Below, piece by piece: positions 13,435 through 24,900 of a stretch of 64,000 nucleotides of DNA. Both the position numbers and the translations under genes were made by a program. This DNA is from Tubiluchus corallicola (lineage: Eukaryota > Animalia > Priapulida), in assembly GCA_030141605.1 (NCBI GenBank), contig JAQGDQ010000181.1:145981-209980 (forward strand), written 5' to 3'. Under the pieces are notes generated by a model, which was not told the DNA's origin, ran no database searches, and saw nothing but the letters and a program-made list of their open reading frames with translations. The stretch's first letter is position 1. Every line of letters begins with the position of its first letter.

Positions 13435-16301
13435 ATCTTTACACAAAACCTACTTTCGTGTAATCCATTGCAACGCGAGTTGTAACATTCTGTACTCCCA
13501 TTTTATGGGAACCAAAAAATACAATTATTATTGTCTTAGATGAGCTGTAACTGTGTGCATCACACTGTACTTTTATTAATAATGCAATTTTATTTTTGTA
13601 TGGTACAGTTTATCTACTCCTGTATTATCGATTTGAGGTATATTATGTGTGTGATACAAAGGATGTAATAATTATTGTCTATCTTTGTCTTGTTGAAAAG
13701 TACTTTTGCTATTACAATAAACAAAGTGACTGTACACTTTCTTTTCTCATACACTGTTTAGCAGAAACATTGCTGACTACATTTTATCTTGAACTGGGGG
13801 TGAGGGAAACTACTGAATAGGTAAGGCATGCGCTGTGGAAATTATGTAGCTATGGAAGTTAAGCAATATCGAATCTGATCAATGTATGGGCAATTGCATG
13901 AGTGTGGTCAGTGCCTCACCTTAGGCTTAGAAGATTGATTTTCATAATTGGTTTGTTTTCTCTTTCAACAAGAAACATTCGGGGGGAAATACAATTTATA
14001 TTCTTTAAGCGTGAGTTACACTTTGAGATATACTCACATTGCCACATTCATGCACATTTTTTAAACTGCTTTATTCCATTGATAATACACTAGTATCATT
14101 TTTAGCTGTTGCAATTCAAACAATTTATTTCACATACATTACATAACATGACACAAGCACAGTTTAAAAGCATCCACACTTGTACAAGCATAATTAATTA
14201 TTATTAAACTGGTTACTTGCAAAAAAACTGACATCAAACATTTAATAAAAACTCTTAACTCATCTTATTTATTAATTATAGACTTGGCAAGCTAACGGAA
14301 AAATACAACATGATAAAAGCAAACCGAAATCGCAAAATATCGGCCTCTTGAACAGCTGGTTGCTGCCAAATTCTACAATAAGTCAGCAACAGTTTGTAAC
14401 ATTTCTATACAGTGCATCTGTGCGTATCTAGAAGCGGGGTGCTGTACACTACACATAAATAGTAAATATAGGCATAAGTAATTTTAAATAAAAACCACGA
14501 GGGTATGTAAATTAAATTAGTACACGTATATCTTACATTCATACATAATTATTTTACATTCAAACACAATTACAAGAGACAGCACACACTAACTTCAAAC
14601 AGGACATAATGGCAATAAAGCACAAAAAACTACAGAAACATTCAAATGTAATGTGAGTGTGCCAAAATTCAGTAATCCTGCAAACTTACAACGCAGAACT
14701 CTTACAAAAAGTACTGCAACCAATTTAACTACAATGTAAGTAACCCTAGCAAATGGGGCCTATTATCTTACATGGCACTTCTCAATGCATACAACTATGC
14801 ACTTTACAAAAAATTATAATACCAACTTATAAACACTTGGTAAAATGAGGAATTCAAAATCTAAAGTTTGCAAACCTGAGGCGAAGGACTGAGTGCATGC
14901 ACCCAAATTCATTCAGAAATAAATAATAAACTGTGAAAGATTGTTTACATTTGTGTACATGCTATCCTCGTTTATCTCGTTAAGACTAAGACTGACCTTT
15001 TTGACAAATTCCAAAAGAATAATTGCCTTGTTTAAATTTTGCTGTTTTGAGCCATTACAAATTTAAGCAAGGCAATTTTTTATTGCTCTAGAAATTCACA
15101 GTCTACAGTATCATAACAATACCACTTCAAATTATGCTTTTTAAATGCTTTACACAACTATTTTGTGAAGCACAGATAACAATCCCTCAAATCAACATTT
15201 GCAAGTTTTAACAAAATATTAAAACTTTGAAATGACCCATGAATCGACAAGCGCCAGCATCTTTAATGATACCTACCTCATCTTTTTACTATCATTATCA
15301 ACAATTCCTTGTAATGCAAATATTACTATTACAGGTTAACAGTTATTTAAAATGTTACATTATAACTTATACATACAGTTAGACACCTAGGTGTAATTTA
15401 CACAAGTATAATTGTAATTTATACATATAAAGAAGTTTAAATTACACATACAATACTGTACTTCTAGTGAAGCGCAGCTTGGCTTAATAGATATGCAAAC
15501 TCATTGATAGTATAGCACTATCAAATTTGCATTGTATATATTACAGCAGCAACAATTAAAATAAACAAATTTGTTTTTATAAATCGACTTTCTCTGACAA
15601 ACAGTACTATGCAAGGTCTAAAATTATCAATATTATATTACAGAAGAACAGAAAAGTAGCTAACTATCTAGATATCACATATTAGCATTCTATAACTACA
15701 GTACAGGTTTTGTGTATATACCAGTGCTAAGCTATAAAATAAGTTTTTTATTATATCACAATTTCAGGCTTGGCAATCAATACGGAGGACATCCACATTA
15801 ATATTGCCAATTTGCGGCAAATAAAAGTTTGATGCACAAGGCTTTATGGTACTACTTCAATTGACATTCACACAATGAGTAATAGATATCATTTATTCAT
15901 CGGGAAATGTAAATTAACAATGAAGATTGTCTAGCATGGCTACGTGCAGTACAAATCCTTCTAGAAATGCTCTGAATTAAAAAACGTAGTATTTTTGGAA
16001 ACTCAATGTCAAACTGTCACAAAAAACTGTTCTTGTAAAGACTTGTACGAGATACAGATCTTGTAGTTACATTTTGCTACAACTAAGAACAATAGCCTAA
16101 ATCAGACCTAAGATATGTATATAATGACACTCTATATATTGTATAGATCTACAAAACAATACTGCTACATTTTGAACTGTGCAATTTGCTACCTCAAGCA
16201 TTTGAAATTCTGGCAGTCACAAACCTCAAGCATGTTTTATTTTTCATTATTTTTTGCCAATAAGCACATCTATTTTCAAGCAAAATTTCTCTGCAAACAA
16301 A

Positions 16302-17501
16302 TTATAACGTGTCCTCCTCCTTATCACTAGTAGATTCGTCAAAACAATAATCCCTGTTTTCTGGAAGTCGACAAATGCTCCACTTAAAGGCAATTATTCG
16401 TTTCTTGGGAAATTTGGTCCAAACTGACTCAGCGATTTTTGGTAAGTGTGCTTTCTTCTTCTTCAGCTTTTTAGTCACCTTACCAGACTTTTCCATCAAA
16501 GACTCCAGTGTTGCTGTAGTGGTGTCTTCTAAACTAACAGACAACGGAGCAGTATCATCACAAGGTTTGTTCTCCGTACCATCAGTAAGGTCCTTCGCTT
16601 CATAAATAGTCGGCAGCGATTTGCAGCGACGCGAACTGGGTCGTAACTGATGACTAGTACGAGGAGACAGACGCCAGATAATGTGAATTTTTGGCACTTT
16701 GCACGGTTGTAGATAGTATACTTCTAAAACATCTACAAGCATGCTACGGCAGTGCACCAACTCACAATCATCAATCTTACAGAATGTCTGCAAAGCTAAA
16801 ATGGTCGAAATCCAGGAGTTTAGAGACGGATCTCTAGCTAAAATATCTTCCAGTTCACAGCTCAGCACCGACAAAGCCACCACTGACGATCGAAAACGAG
16901 TGAACTCGTAATGGCAAAGAGCCACTTCAACTTTTGACAGCAGCCTTGATATGGGGACTGTGTCAAAGTCAACGGCGTGACTCTCTATGCATATGTTGTA
17001 GAACAAGCTTATAAATCTGACGACAGTTGCTGCCTTCATATGCTGCTTCAGCTTCTGCCGAATGATACACTCCATACGGACAACATCCGAAACTGTACAC
17101 CCGGATTGGGTCAAGTTGATTACCTCCGTGGCACTCGGCATTTCTTGTTCGTCCTGCAGAGTTTGCAAAGCAATCAAATAACACGTGATTGTGATACACG
17201 TCATGTGCTTCGGTAGTGCCTTAACTTTTGCTAAGAACTGGTCAACGAGGTTTACCGCCAACGCAAATGTTTCGGAGTGAAACCCGTAAAATGTGTTGAG
17301 ATAGCGTAATCCAGTGATGGCGGCGTCGCGTAAACTTGGTGTTACGACTTTATCATCATCTGCTGACGGTGTTTGCAAAACAGAACAGAACAGCGCTTCT
17401 CTGCAGAGAGCTTGACCCAAATCGTTCCATGCTTCTCTTAACAAACTTTGTTCTACAGCCGAATCTTTAACTGGTCTTCCTTCCATCTTTTTTAATATCA
17501 T
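16302..17501 (-). CDS. CCNG: Cyclin G family protein (cyclin G2-like), 399 aa, single coding exon
   Basis: Cyclin box LRD..LRYLNTFYG..ETFALAVNLVDQFL..KHMTCI..SDVVRME and the cyclin-G-type C-terminal motif IWRLSPRT..L....LPTIYE (cf. WIVSRRTAQNL..LPTIPE), which favours cyclin G over cyclin I. Confidence 0.9.
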   Translation of the reverse strand: MILKKMEGRPVKDSAVEQSLLREAWNDLGQALCREALFCSVLQTPSADDDKVVTPSLRDAAITGLRYLNTFYGFHSETFALAVNLVDQFLAKVKALPKHMTCITITCYLIALQTLQDEQEMPSATEVINLTQSGCTVSDVVRMECIIRQKLKQHMKAATVVRFISLFYNICIESHAVDFDTVPISRLLSKVEVALCHYEFTRFRSSVVALSVLSCELEDILARDPSLNSWISTILALQTFCKIDDCELVHCRSMLVDVLEVYYLQPCKVPKIHIIWRLSPRTSHQLRPSSRRCKSLPTIYEAKDLTDGTENKPCDDTAPLSVSLEDTTTATLESLMEKSGKVTKKLKKKKAHLPKIAESVWTKFPKKRIIAFKWSICRLPENRDYCFDESTSDKEEDTL

Positions 17502-19117
17502 GGTACAATTTCCTACGACACTGCTCCAAACGCGAAATCTGACATACCTATCATTTCTGACAGTCTATGCCGAACTATCGAAATCTGGAACCACTGATAA
17601 GTGCATTTTAATTATTAACTGGCCACTTACTGGCCACAAATCATTGTTCACTCCCTTACTACACCCACATTTTACTAGATGTTTTCAGCTTTGGAATAAA
17701 ATAAATAAAACAATGTCCATCTACCACTGCTGCCCAGGCTGATGGAGCAGGAATTGCCTCCAAATTGACCAGCAGCACCATCGCTTACAGCTCTTTCCAG
17801 TACTCTCAGCTGTAAGTCAGTACGTGTGTAACCGATAAACTCAAGCAAAATGGAAGCTTGTAAAGAGAAGTTATCAAAACAAAAACCTACAAGAAAAAAG
17901 AAAAATACGTGTAATGATACTATGTTACTAGCTCTAAAAAAGTACACTGTTAAAACACTGTTCATAAACAAAACTTAAAAAACTTGTTTTGAGATTTTAC
18001 ATTGCTTACTAATTGACTACTTACTACCTGATTGCATACAGACCTTGAGTTAGCTGTAATGCTGTATAAGTCGTTGTAAAGGTTTAGATAACATTGCCTA
18101 AAGTGTGAAAAATAATCACAGCATTCGTAGCACACTCCTTGTTAACCAAGCAAAAGTATAAATTACTTTATATTGTCAATAAGATCAATAACGTGTTTTC
18201 TGATCAATAATAAAATGCTTAACCGCTGTCTTTTGACGGTAACGATAACAGTAATTTTGGTGAGTTAGTAGTGCACACTGGTGTGGTGATACAGTGGTGC
18301 TTTGCCAGTTGGTGCAAACATTTTAAATTATTAGCAATTTTCTTTTCTTTTCCGCTTACACAAGTCTTTCAAACAGGTAAGCATAATGCTAAGTAATGTT
18401 TTTTTTTTGAGATATGCTTGAAAATTTCCTCTTCCTCCGATTTAAGTCTGTCCTCATCAAAGTACTTGTAATGGAATTTAACAAAGAAAAACATACAGCA
18501 TTACGACAATGCTCAACATTAATTTTTCTTACTGTATAAAGTTTATGTGGCGCACTTGCAATTTAAGTGTTTTTCGCAAATGAGCATCTAGTATTATAGG
18601 CAGTTGTGACATGAAAAACCCTATAAGTATAATGGATTTTGGCGCAATTTGTGCATTATTCCATTAATTTGCAGAATATTACTAAGCAGCAAGATACCTT
18701 ATTACATACGACGAAAATATCAAATTTTAGTTGTTCCAGCTCTATCGTCTATGTTACACATGGCTTATTCATTTATTGTAAGGAAATTCAGTCCTTTATT
18801 TTAGTTTTATGTCTGGACAACAGACAAATCAATCCCATAACACTACACAGTTTATCAATGGTAAGATTAGTTAAACGATTGAGTAAATTAAGCAATAAAA
18901 CGACGGATCGCTTACTATCATAATTCTATAATGATAACCATTGAAAGCCCATAACTACCGCTGGATTTCAGGTGACCCCATTTTCAAAATTTTGAAAATT
19001 CCTAAGATCAATAAAACAGTGCAACGCGCTTACTTAAACATAAGCAGCTGCTAAGGGAATTAGCAGTTAAAGATGTAGATCTAAGTTAAAAAATCAAGCA
19101 GTGAGATAAACACTAAC

Positions 19118-19330
19118 CTTTTCCTTTAATAAGGAAGAAGTCGGTTATCCTTCAAACATCATTGTCATGACGACATAAAATTTATTTTCGTCAGCTTCAC
19201 AGTTGTAGCCAAACAAAGCAGCTGAAGTTGAAAATGCTTTAGTTAGTGGAAGAAGTGACCACCAGTTAGCGCACGTGCAATAGGTATGAGCCACAGATAC
19301 GACACAGTTCACTGTGTCAATAGCTCAGCT
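19118..19330 (-). other. Candidate non-coding first exon of cyclin G (upper boundary approximate)
   Basis: Minus-strand donor AAG|GTTAGT at 19118/19117, strong acceptor tttttcttgtag ending at 17886, and CpG-richer sequence around 19270-19600. Inference only. Confidence 0.4.
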
Positions 19331-19475
19331 CGAGTTGGCGAATACGCTGCAACACTTACAACTCGCAGTATCTTTAGTTGTGATTGCTTCTCTTGTTTTG
19401 TCAGTAACCAAGGCTTTCTACATAAGAGGCTTTCTCCTCTTTGCCAATCATATTAGGCACATCTGTAAGGAGCGG

Positions 19476-19595
19476 AGTAGGACACTAGCCGAAGTTGGAC
19501 AATTGACGTGCATGGCTAGCCCAAGTAGGACGCGTCGTACATGGGCTAGCCCAAGTAGGATGTGTCCTACATGGGCTGCCCAAGTAGGACACTAG
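19476..19595. promoter_or_regulatory. Array of ~30-bp palindromic repeats upstream of cyclin G
   Basis: Three units of catg(g)gct(a)gcccaagtagga, bounded by the direct repeat agtaggacactag (19476, 19583). The repeat is certain; a regulatory role is inferred from position. Confidence 0.5.
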
Positions 19596-21966
19596 AGACA
19601 GGTCACGAATGGAGTAGTTAACCATACTGGCAGCGTCCATTGTCCTTGTTTATTTAGTAATAATAATTGAAAACGCCAATACACGTTCAATAATTTATTA
19701 TACATCTGCTAAAATCTTATTGTGAGCTAGGAGAATGGCCAATAAATTTGGCTTCGATATTAACCTTCTTGAAGTGAAATAAGCCTGCTTTTTATACGAT
19801 TCAAACATTTGCTTAAGGTACAATTTTTTTATTTTGTCTCGCTTCACAGACAGGCGATCTGTTTCACTACTTCTTGGGCAAATAATTGTTTTCTACTAAG
19901 TAAACGGGCTAGCGAGCTATGTTATGATGATATTAATGCAGCTAATAATAACGATGATATTATTGTAAAAAATACATTTGTAAATTGTCAAGGACTATCG
20001 TATATAATAATTTCGCTGGTATATATGGGTTTATTTATAACCAACGAGCTACAGCTCCGACAACGGCACCATTTTCAACGATCTGTATGTCAAATGAACG
20101 GTCTCCGCCTAAGGGTTTGCACCTGAGGGTTTATCTTTCGAATCGGACCCACCGGGAGGAACGAGGGCCGAAAAATCTCCAAAAATGACCGAGTTAATTA
20201 GATGTTCCATTTTTGGCAATTTTCGCTTGGAAAACTGCTGACGCAAAGCAATTGTTGTGACGTCATCCATTATACTCTGTCTATAACCTTATACCTTTAA
20301 TCCATTAAAAGCTGCTGCTGCTGGCTTGGCGGTAAATAAAAGAACACTAGGTAGGATGTTCGCGCATTGTTGATTATGAGTGGATTTATACGCAAAATGT
20401 TTTCCTGGGCTTTTGCTAGTTCATGTACAATATGTACGACACTGCTTTTCCGCAAATGTCCTACGGCTAGCAATTAAATATCGGCCTACGCCTTATGATG
20501 CATTACCATTAAAATGACTAATCAGAACATGGTTATCAATTAACGTTAATTTGCCATTATCTGTTCACATGCGTGCGGGCATGCGTGCATGTGTGTGTAT
20601 GTATGTATTTACGCATGCATGAATGTATGTATGTATGTATGTGTACATGTTAATCCAAATGCGACAAGGCTCCACCATGTGAATATGTTGCTGATTAGGG
20701 GCCATCCATATAATAGGCCTACAACCTTAAAATTATAAAGGCATTTATGGCACATGCCCCACCACCTATCTACCCCTTGTATTGATATCAATATCACACC
20801 TATTTAGATTTTTGTACATCTTAGTCTTCCTCCTCCCAAGGACAAGCAACACCATCACTTGTGTTAATTAACGGGAAACCAACAAAGTATTCTCCCGGTG
20901 GTGGCAGCCCCAATTCACTGAACTCGTTGTCATTGACCATTCTGCAGATTCTTTCTCCTCACAGCCGATTACAGTCAACCATTCCTTGTTGAAGATGAAA
21001 AAAGCATGAAGTCAGATAACAATATCATGACTAAATCACCTACCTATCTTGCATTATAATGGCATCATCATGTCACCTGTTACCCTAAATTCATGCCATT
21101 AATATGTGGATGATCCCTTATCAAGTGGGACTTGTTTCAGCCAAGCTACATAGCGAGAATATGAACTATACTACAATAACTTGATTTTTGTGAATTCCAA
21201 GTACGTGTAAGTATTACCTCACTTGCATAAAGTGATACGGATAAGCTTATTGCATATGTTACTGCACTGTTCTATGGAGCACCGTGTATCACGATCAGTA
21301 ACAAAAACTGTTCTGTACATTATAGCATGTGTCAAATTAAGTACTTGGCCAAAAACGAAAAAATGCATAACTAAACAACAGAACATGATGAGCTACCTGA
21401 CTTTTTTTACACACAATAATGTTCATATCATAAGTACGGGCTAAAAAATAGTATATTGTTAACACACATTATAGAACAATATAACTTAACAGAGGAAATT
21501 AAGCTGACGTATCTTATGTTCTATACATCCGTATTGTGCATATAAAATTCTTTACTAAATATATATATATCACACGTGAAAGCTAAACTATTAACAAAAT
21601 AAAACTATGTGTATATTTAGTAACAAGAGATCCAGAAGCTTCAGAAAAAGCCATTCCCTTTATTTCATTTTATCACTTAGAATTACACATGGTAGCTGCT
21701 TATGTTGATACCAGTTATTCACAAAGTTGTACTAACAATTATCTCAATTTACAAATTATTAGGTTGACTTGCACAAGAGTATCAAAAACTACAAATGTAT
21801 CAAAATCTGATGTTGCTAACAATTGTTACATCTCTAACAAAGTTCTAAAAAAACAAAAGAAAACTCATCGAAACTGAATAAGAATGTTTATGCAGATAAG
21901 TGGCTAAATTTGTTGTAGAAAATTGAGCAATGAGGCTTGTATGTGTATAATAATGCACACAGCTAT

Positions 21967-24900
21967 TTATTTATACACAGAAGTGAGGTACTCTCTCATC
22001 TCCTCGTTTTCTGCTAAGTCTAAAGGACTAAGGCCACAAACTGTTTTTTCTTCTAGTAATCGTCTTCCTACAAAATAGTTGTAATTGTCATCACTCATTT
22101 TATTACTGCTGCATTAGGATTCAACCAAAAAATGTTAAATAAAATAATTCTGTAATATGGGCTATTGTCAACAAAAGAAAGTTAACTTGCATATCATGAG
22201 ACCTAGGCAATATTAAAAATTCTTATGCACACAAATAAACAACAACTACATTTGTAAGTAATGCCAGTCTTTTGTAACTTTAATAGACAAAATGGATCCA
22301 TTCAATAGGCATGGAATAGAGAGTTAACAAAAATTAAGTTTCTATCTGCCATGAGAACATTGCCAAAACTATTATCGTGTTTTGCTATGATGCATAAGAG
22401 TAGGGGGCAATTGTCAAAAATCTGGTACCAAATGTTAATTTACCATACTGTGTGGAATCATATTTCTTGGGTTTTAAATTTTCTAAAACATTTGGTGAAT
22501 AGTGTTTTTTCAAAGTCATTTAAGGCCACTTCATGAATTTGCACTGAAAACTGGTACTTGAGCTATTTCTGTCATTGTTTTTCTGAAATTCTTCTAGCGA
22601 AGCCCCACGAAACTGAAAATCATCAAAACACAAACATTCTACTCACAGTTTGCCTACTCTTTTTCTGTCTTTAACGATGGTAATAGGCCGAAAGAAATGC
22701 AGTAGAATAGTGGGTGATAACAATACCTGGAAGAGCCGCACAATTTTTGAAAGGCAAAGGAAATGGGTGTTCCATACAGTGTACGGCACTAGGGATTGAA
22801 AAAAGCCTTCGATGTACACCTCTCCTATTTCGTACTGAATGGTGAACATCTTCCAAGAGTGTGCACACATTTTCCAAGGACAGCACTTTTTAAAATTGAT
22901 TTTTTTCTGGAGGCTGTTTGTTTTCTGGACAATATGAATCGGCGGATGGGAGAAAACACAGACTGCAGGAAACCTGAGGCCTCCAGGCCCAGGAAGACCA
23001 AGATTCTCTAGTACACCCTCCATCAAATGGGCTATCCGACCATTATCAGCTCACTCACCAACAGACCAACACTTCCTGGTTCTCTCAAACTATAAGGAGT
23101 GCGAAAATCAAAAACGACGTCAATTTTGGCATTTTTTGACCCACATTACTCCAGGTGGTCCTGATTCAACAAAAAAAACATTAATGAGAAGGTACTAGAG
23201 CAAGACCTTTCATATGCCATGCTCCAGTTCTCCATACTCATGTTCACTATACCAAACTTGTATCTACTATTGAGCCACAGTACTCAACTAATATTTTTCA
23301 GCAGACCACTAAATATAACGCTATAAAACTTTGGTTGAACATCCCAGATGAATTTAAAATGTTTAATTTAAGTAAGTTTAAAAAAATCAGTTAAACAAAT
23401 TTTGTTTGATCATTATTCACAATCTAATGAGTAAACGTTTTCTTGATGTAGCTGTTTTAAGAATTATTGTTAGTACAATATTATTGTGTTAAGAGCATTT
23501 CAATTGTTCAAGTATTTCCTTAGAATGATGTGGTAGTTGTTCCCTAAAATTTCACAAGTTTCCCAAAATTGACAATTTTGTTTTTTCAATTGAATTTATA
23601 TAGTTACAGAATCATGTTAACAGTCATGGTGTCCACTTGTACGAGGAAGACTAGAAAGCACTTGCTCATTCTTCCTCCTAACGGCAACTTTCTTATTATT
23701 GTTATTGTATTATTATGTCGTTCCATTTGTTGTTGAAAAATAAATTTATTCTATTGTGTTCTCTTCTATATGATATATAAATAGCTGAGAATACCGACAT
23801 TGGGGCTATAGAACAAAATATGCTCATGAACTGACTAACAATGGTTACAGAATGAACGTTACCTTTAATAACCCTCAATGACCTTGAAAAATGTCCACCA
23901 AACATTTCTATGATCCTTGTATTCTAAGGATCACAGGCATATAAACATTCGGTGCCAGATGTGAAGGTTTGTAGTACATTTGCATCTGCACTATAACCAG
24001 TGCCTATTTCAACCTAAGCAAGGCCCGGGGAAGTGGGGCGTGTGAGGCCCCTTGGGGGGGGGGTCGGTCACCATCATGGTTGGCGCCCAGAAAATTTTTG
24101 AACTGCTAGAACGCCGGAGAAGCATTTTCGAAGAAAAAATATGGAGTTATACAGTTGTTAAAGGAAAGAACAATTGAAAGAAAAACTGCTTTATTCTCAA
24201 GACCAGTCCTTAATACTTGTCAAATAGTCAAATCACCTCGGCGTAAGGCCCCCTGGAGGGTGAGGCCCCGGGGAAGTATCCCCACTTCCCCCCCCCTGAA
24301 ATAGGCCCTGACTATAACTGTGCAAAATCAGTTTGTCTAACTGATTGCACAATTGTGCTATATTTTATGTGTGTGGGTACATTCCATGCAAAAAAACTGT
24401 GGCCTTCTAACTTAATAAGTTGCATAACAGCAACTGGATGACTCTAATGAAATGTCAGAGAAAAACTTTGCACTCACCTCCGTGTTGTAGCAACAGTTTA
24501 ACAACATTTAAATGATTATTCTGAACTGCATCGTGGAGAGGTGTAATTCCTTTGTCAGCTTTTGCCACAATATCTACAACGTCGCCACCTATAGGTAATT
24601 TGATTTTGCTAATCAGTGCAAACATCATTTAAATGTGACAGTCACATGTATTAGAAATTTCTTCCCCTTAAAAAGCAAGTTAAATGTATCTTATCATAAA
24701 ATGCTCCTAATTTCTCAGTTATATATTTATATCTTCCCCTACAAGGTAAACAGCCAAGATTAATGAATGATACGCTCAGAGCCAGCTAGTGTGAAAACCC
24801 ACCATATGAAAAGGATGAACTTTAACCAACAAAAAAAAACCAAGAGGTGGTCAGCGACTGAAGAATCTCGATATAATGCAAAAAAGATTTAAGAAATACA

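Noticed and set aside
22643-23026. 127-aa ORF in the last SLF1 intron
   Set aside because: No recognisable domain; the region looks like an unclassified repeat, and SLF1 splices across it in phase.
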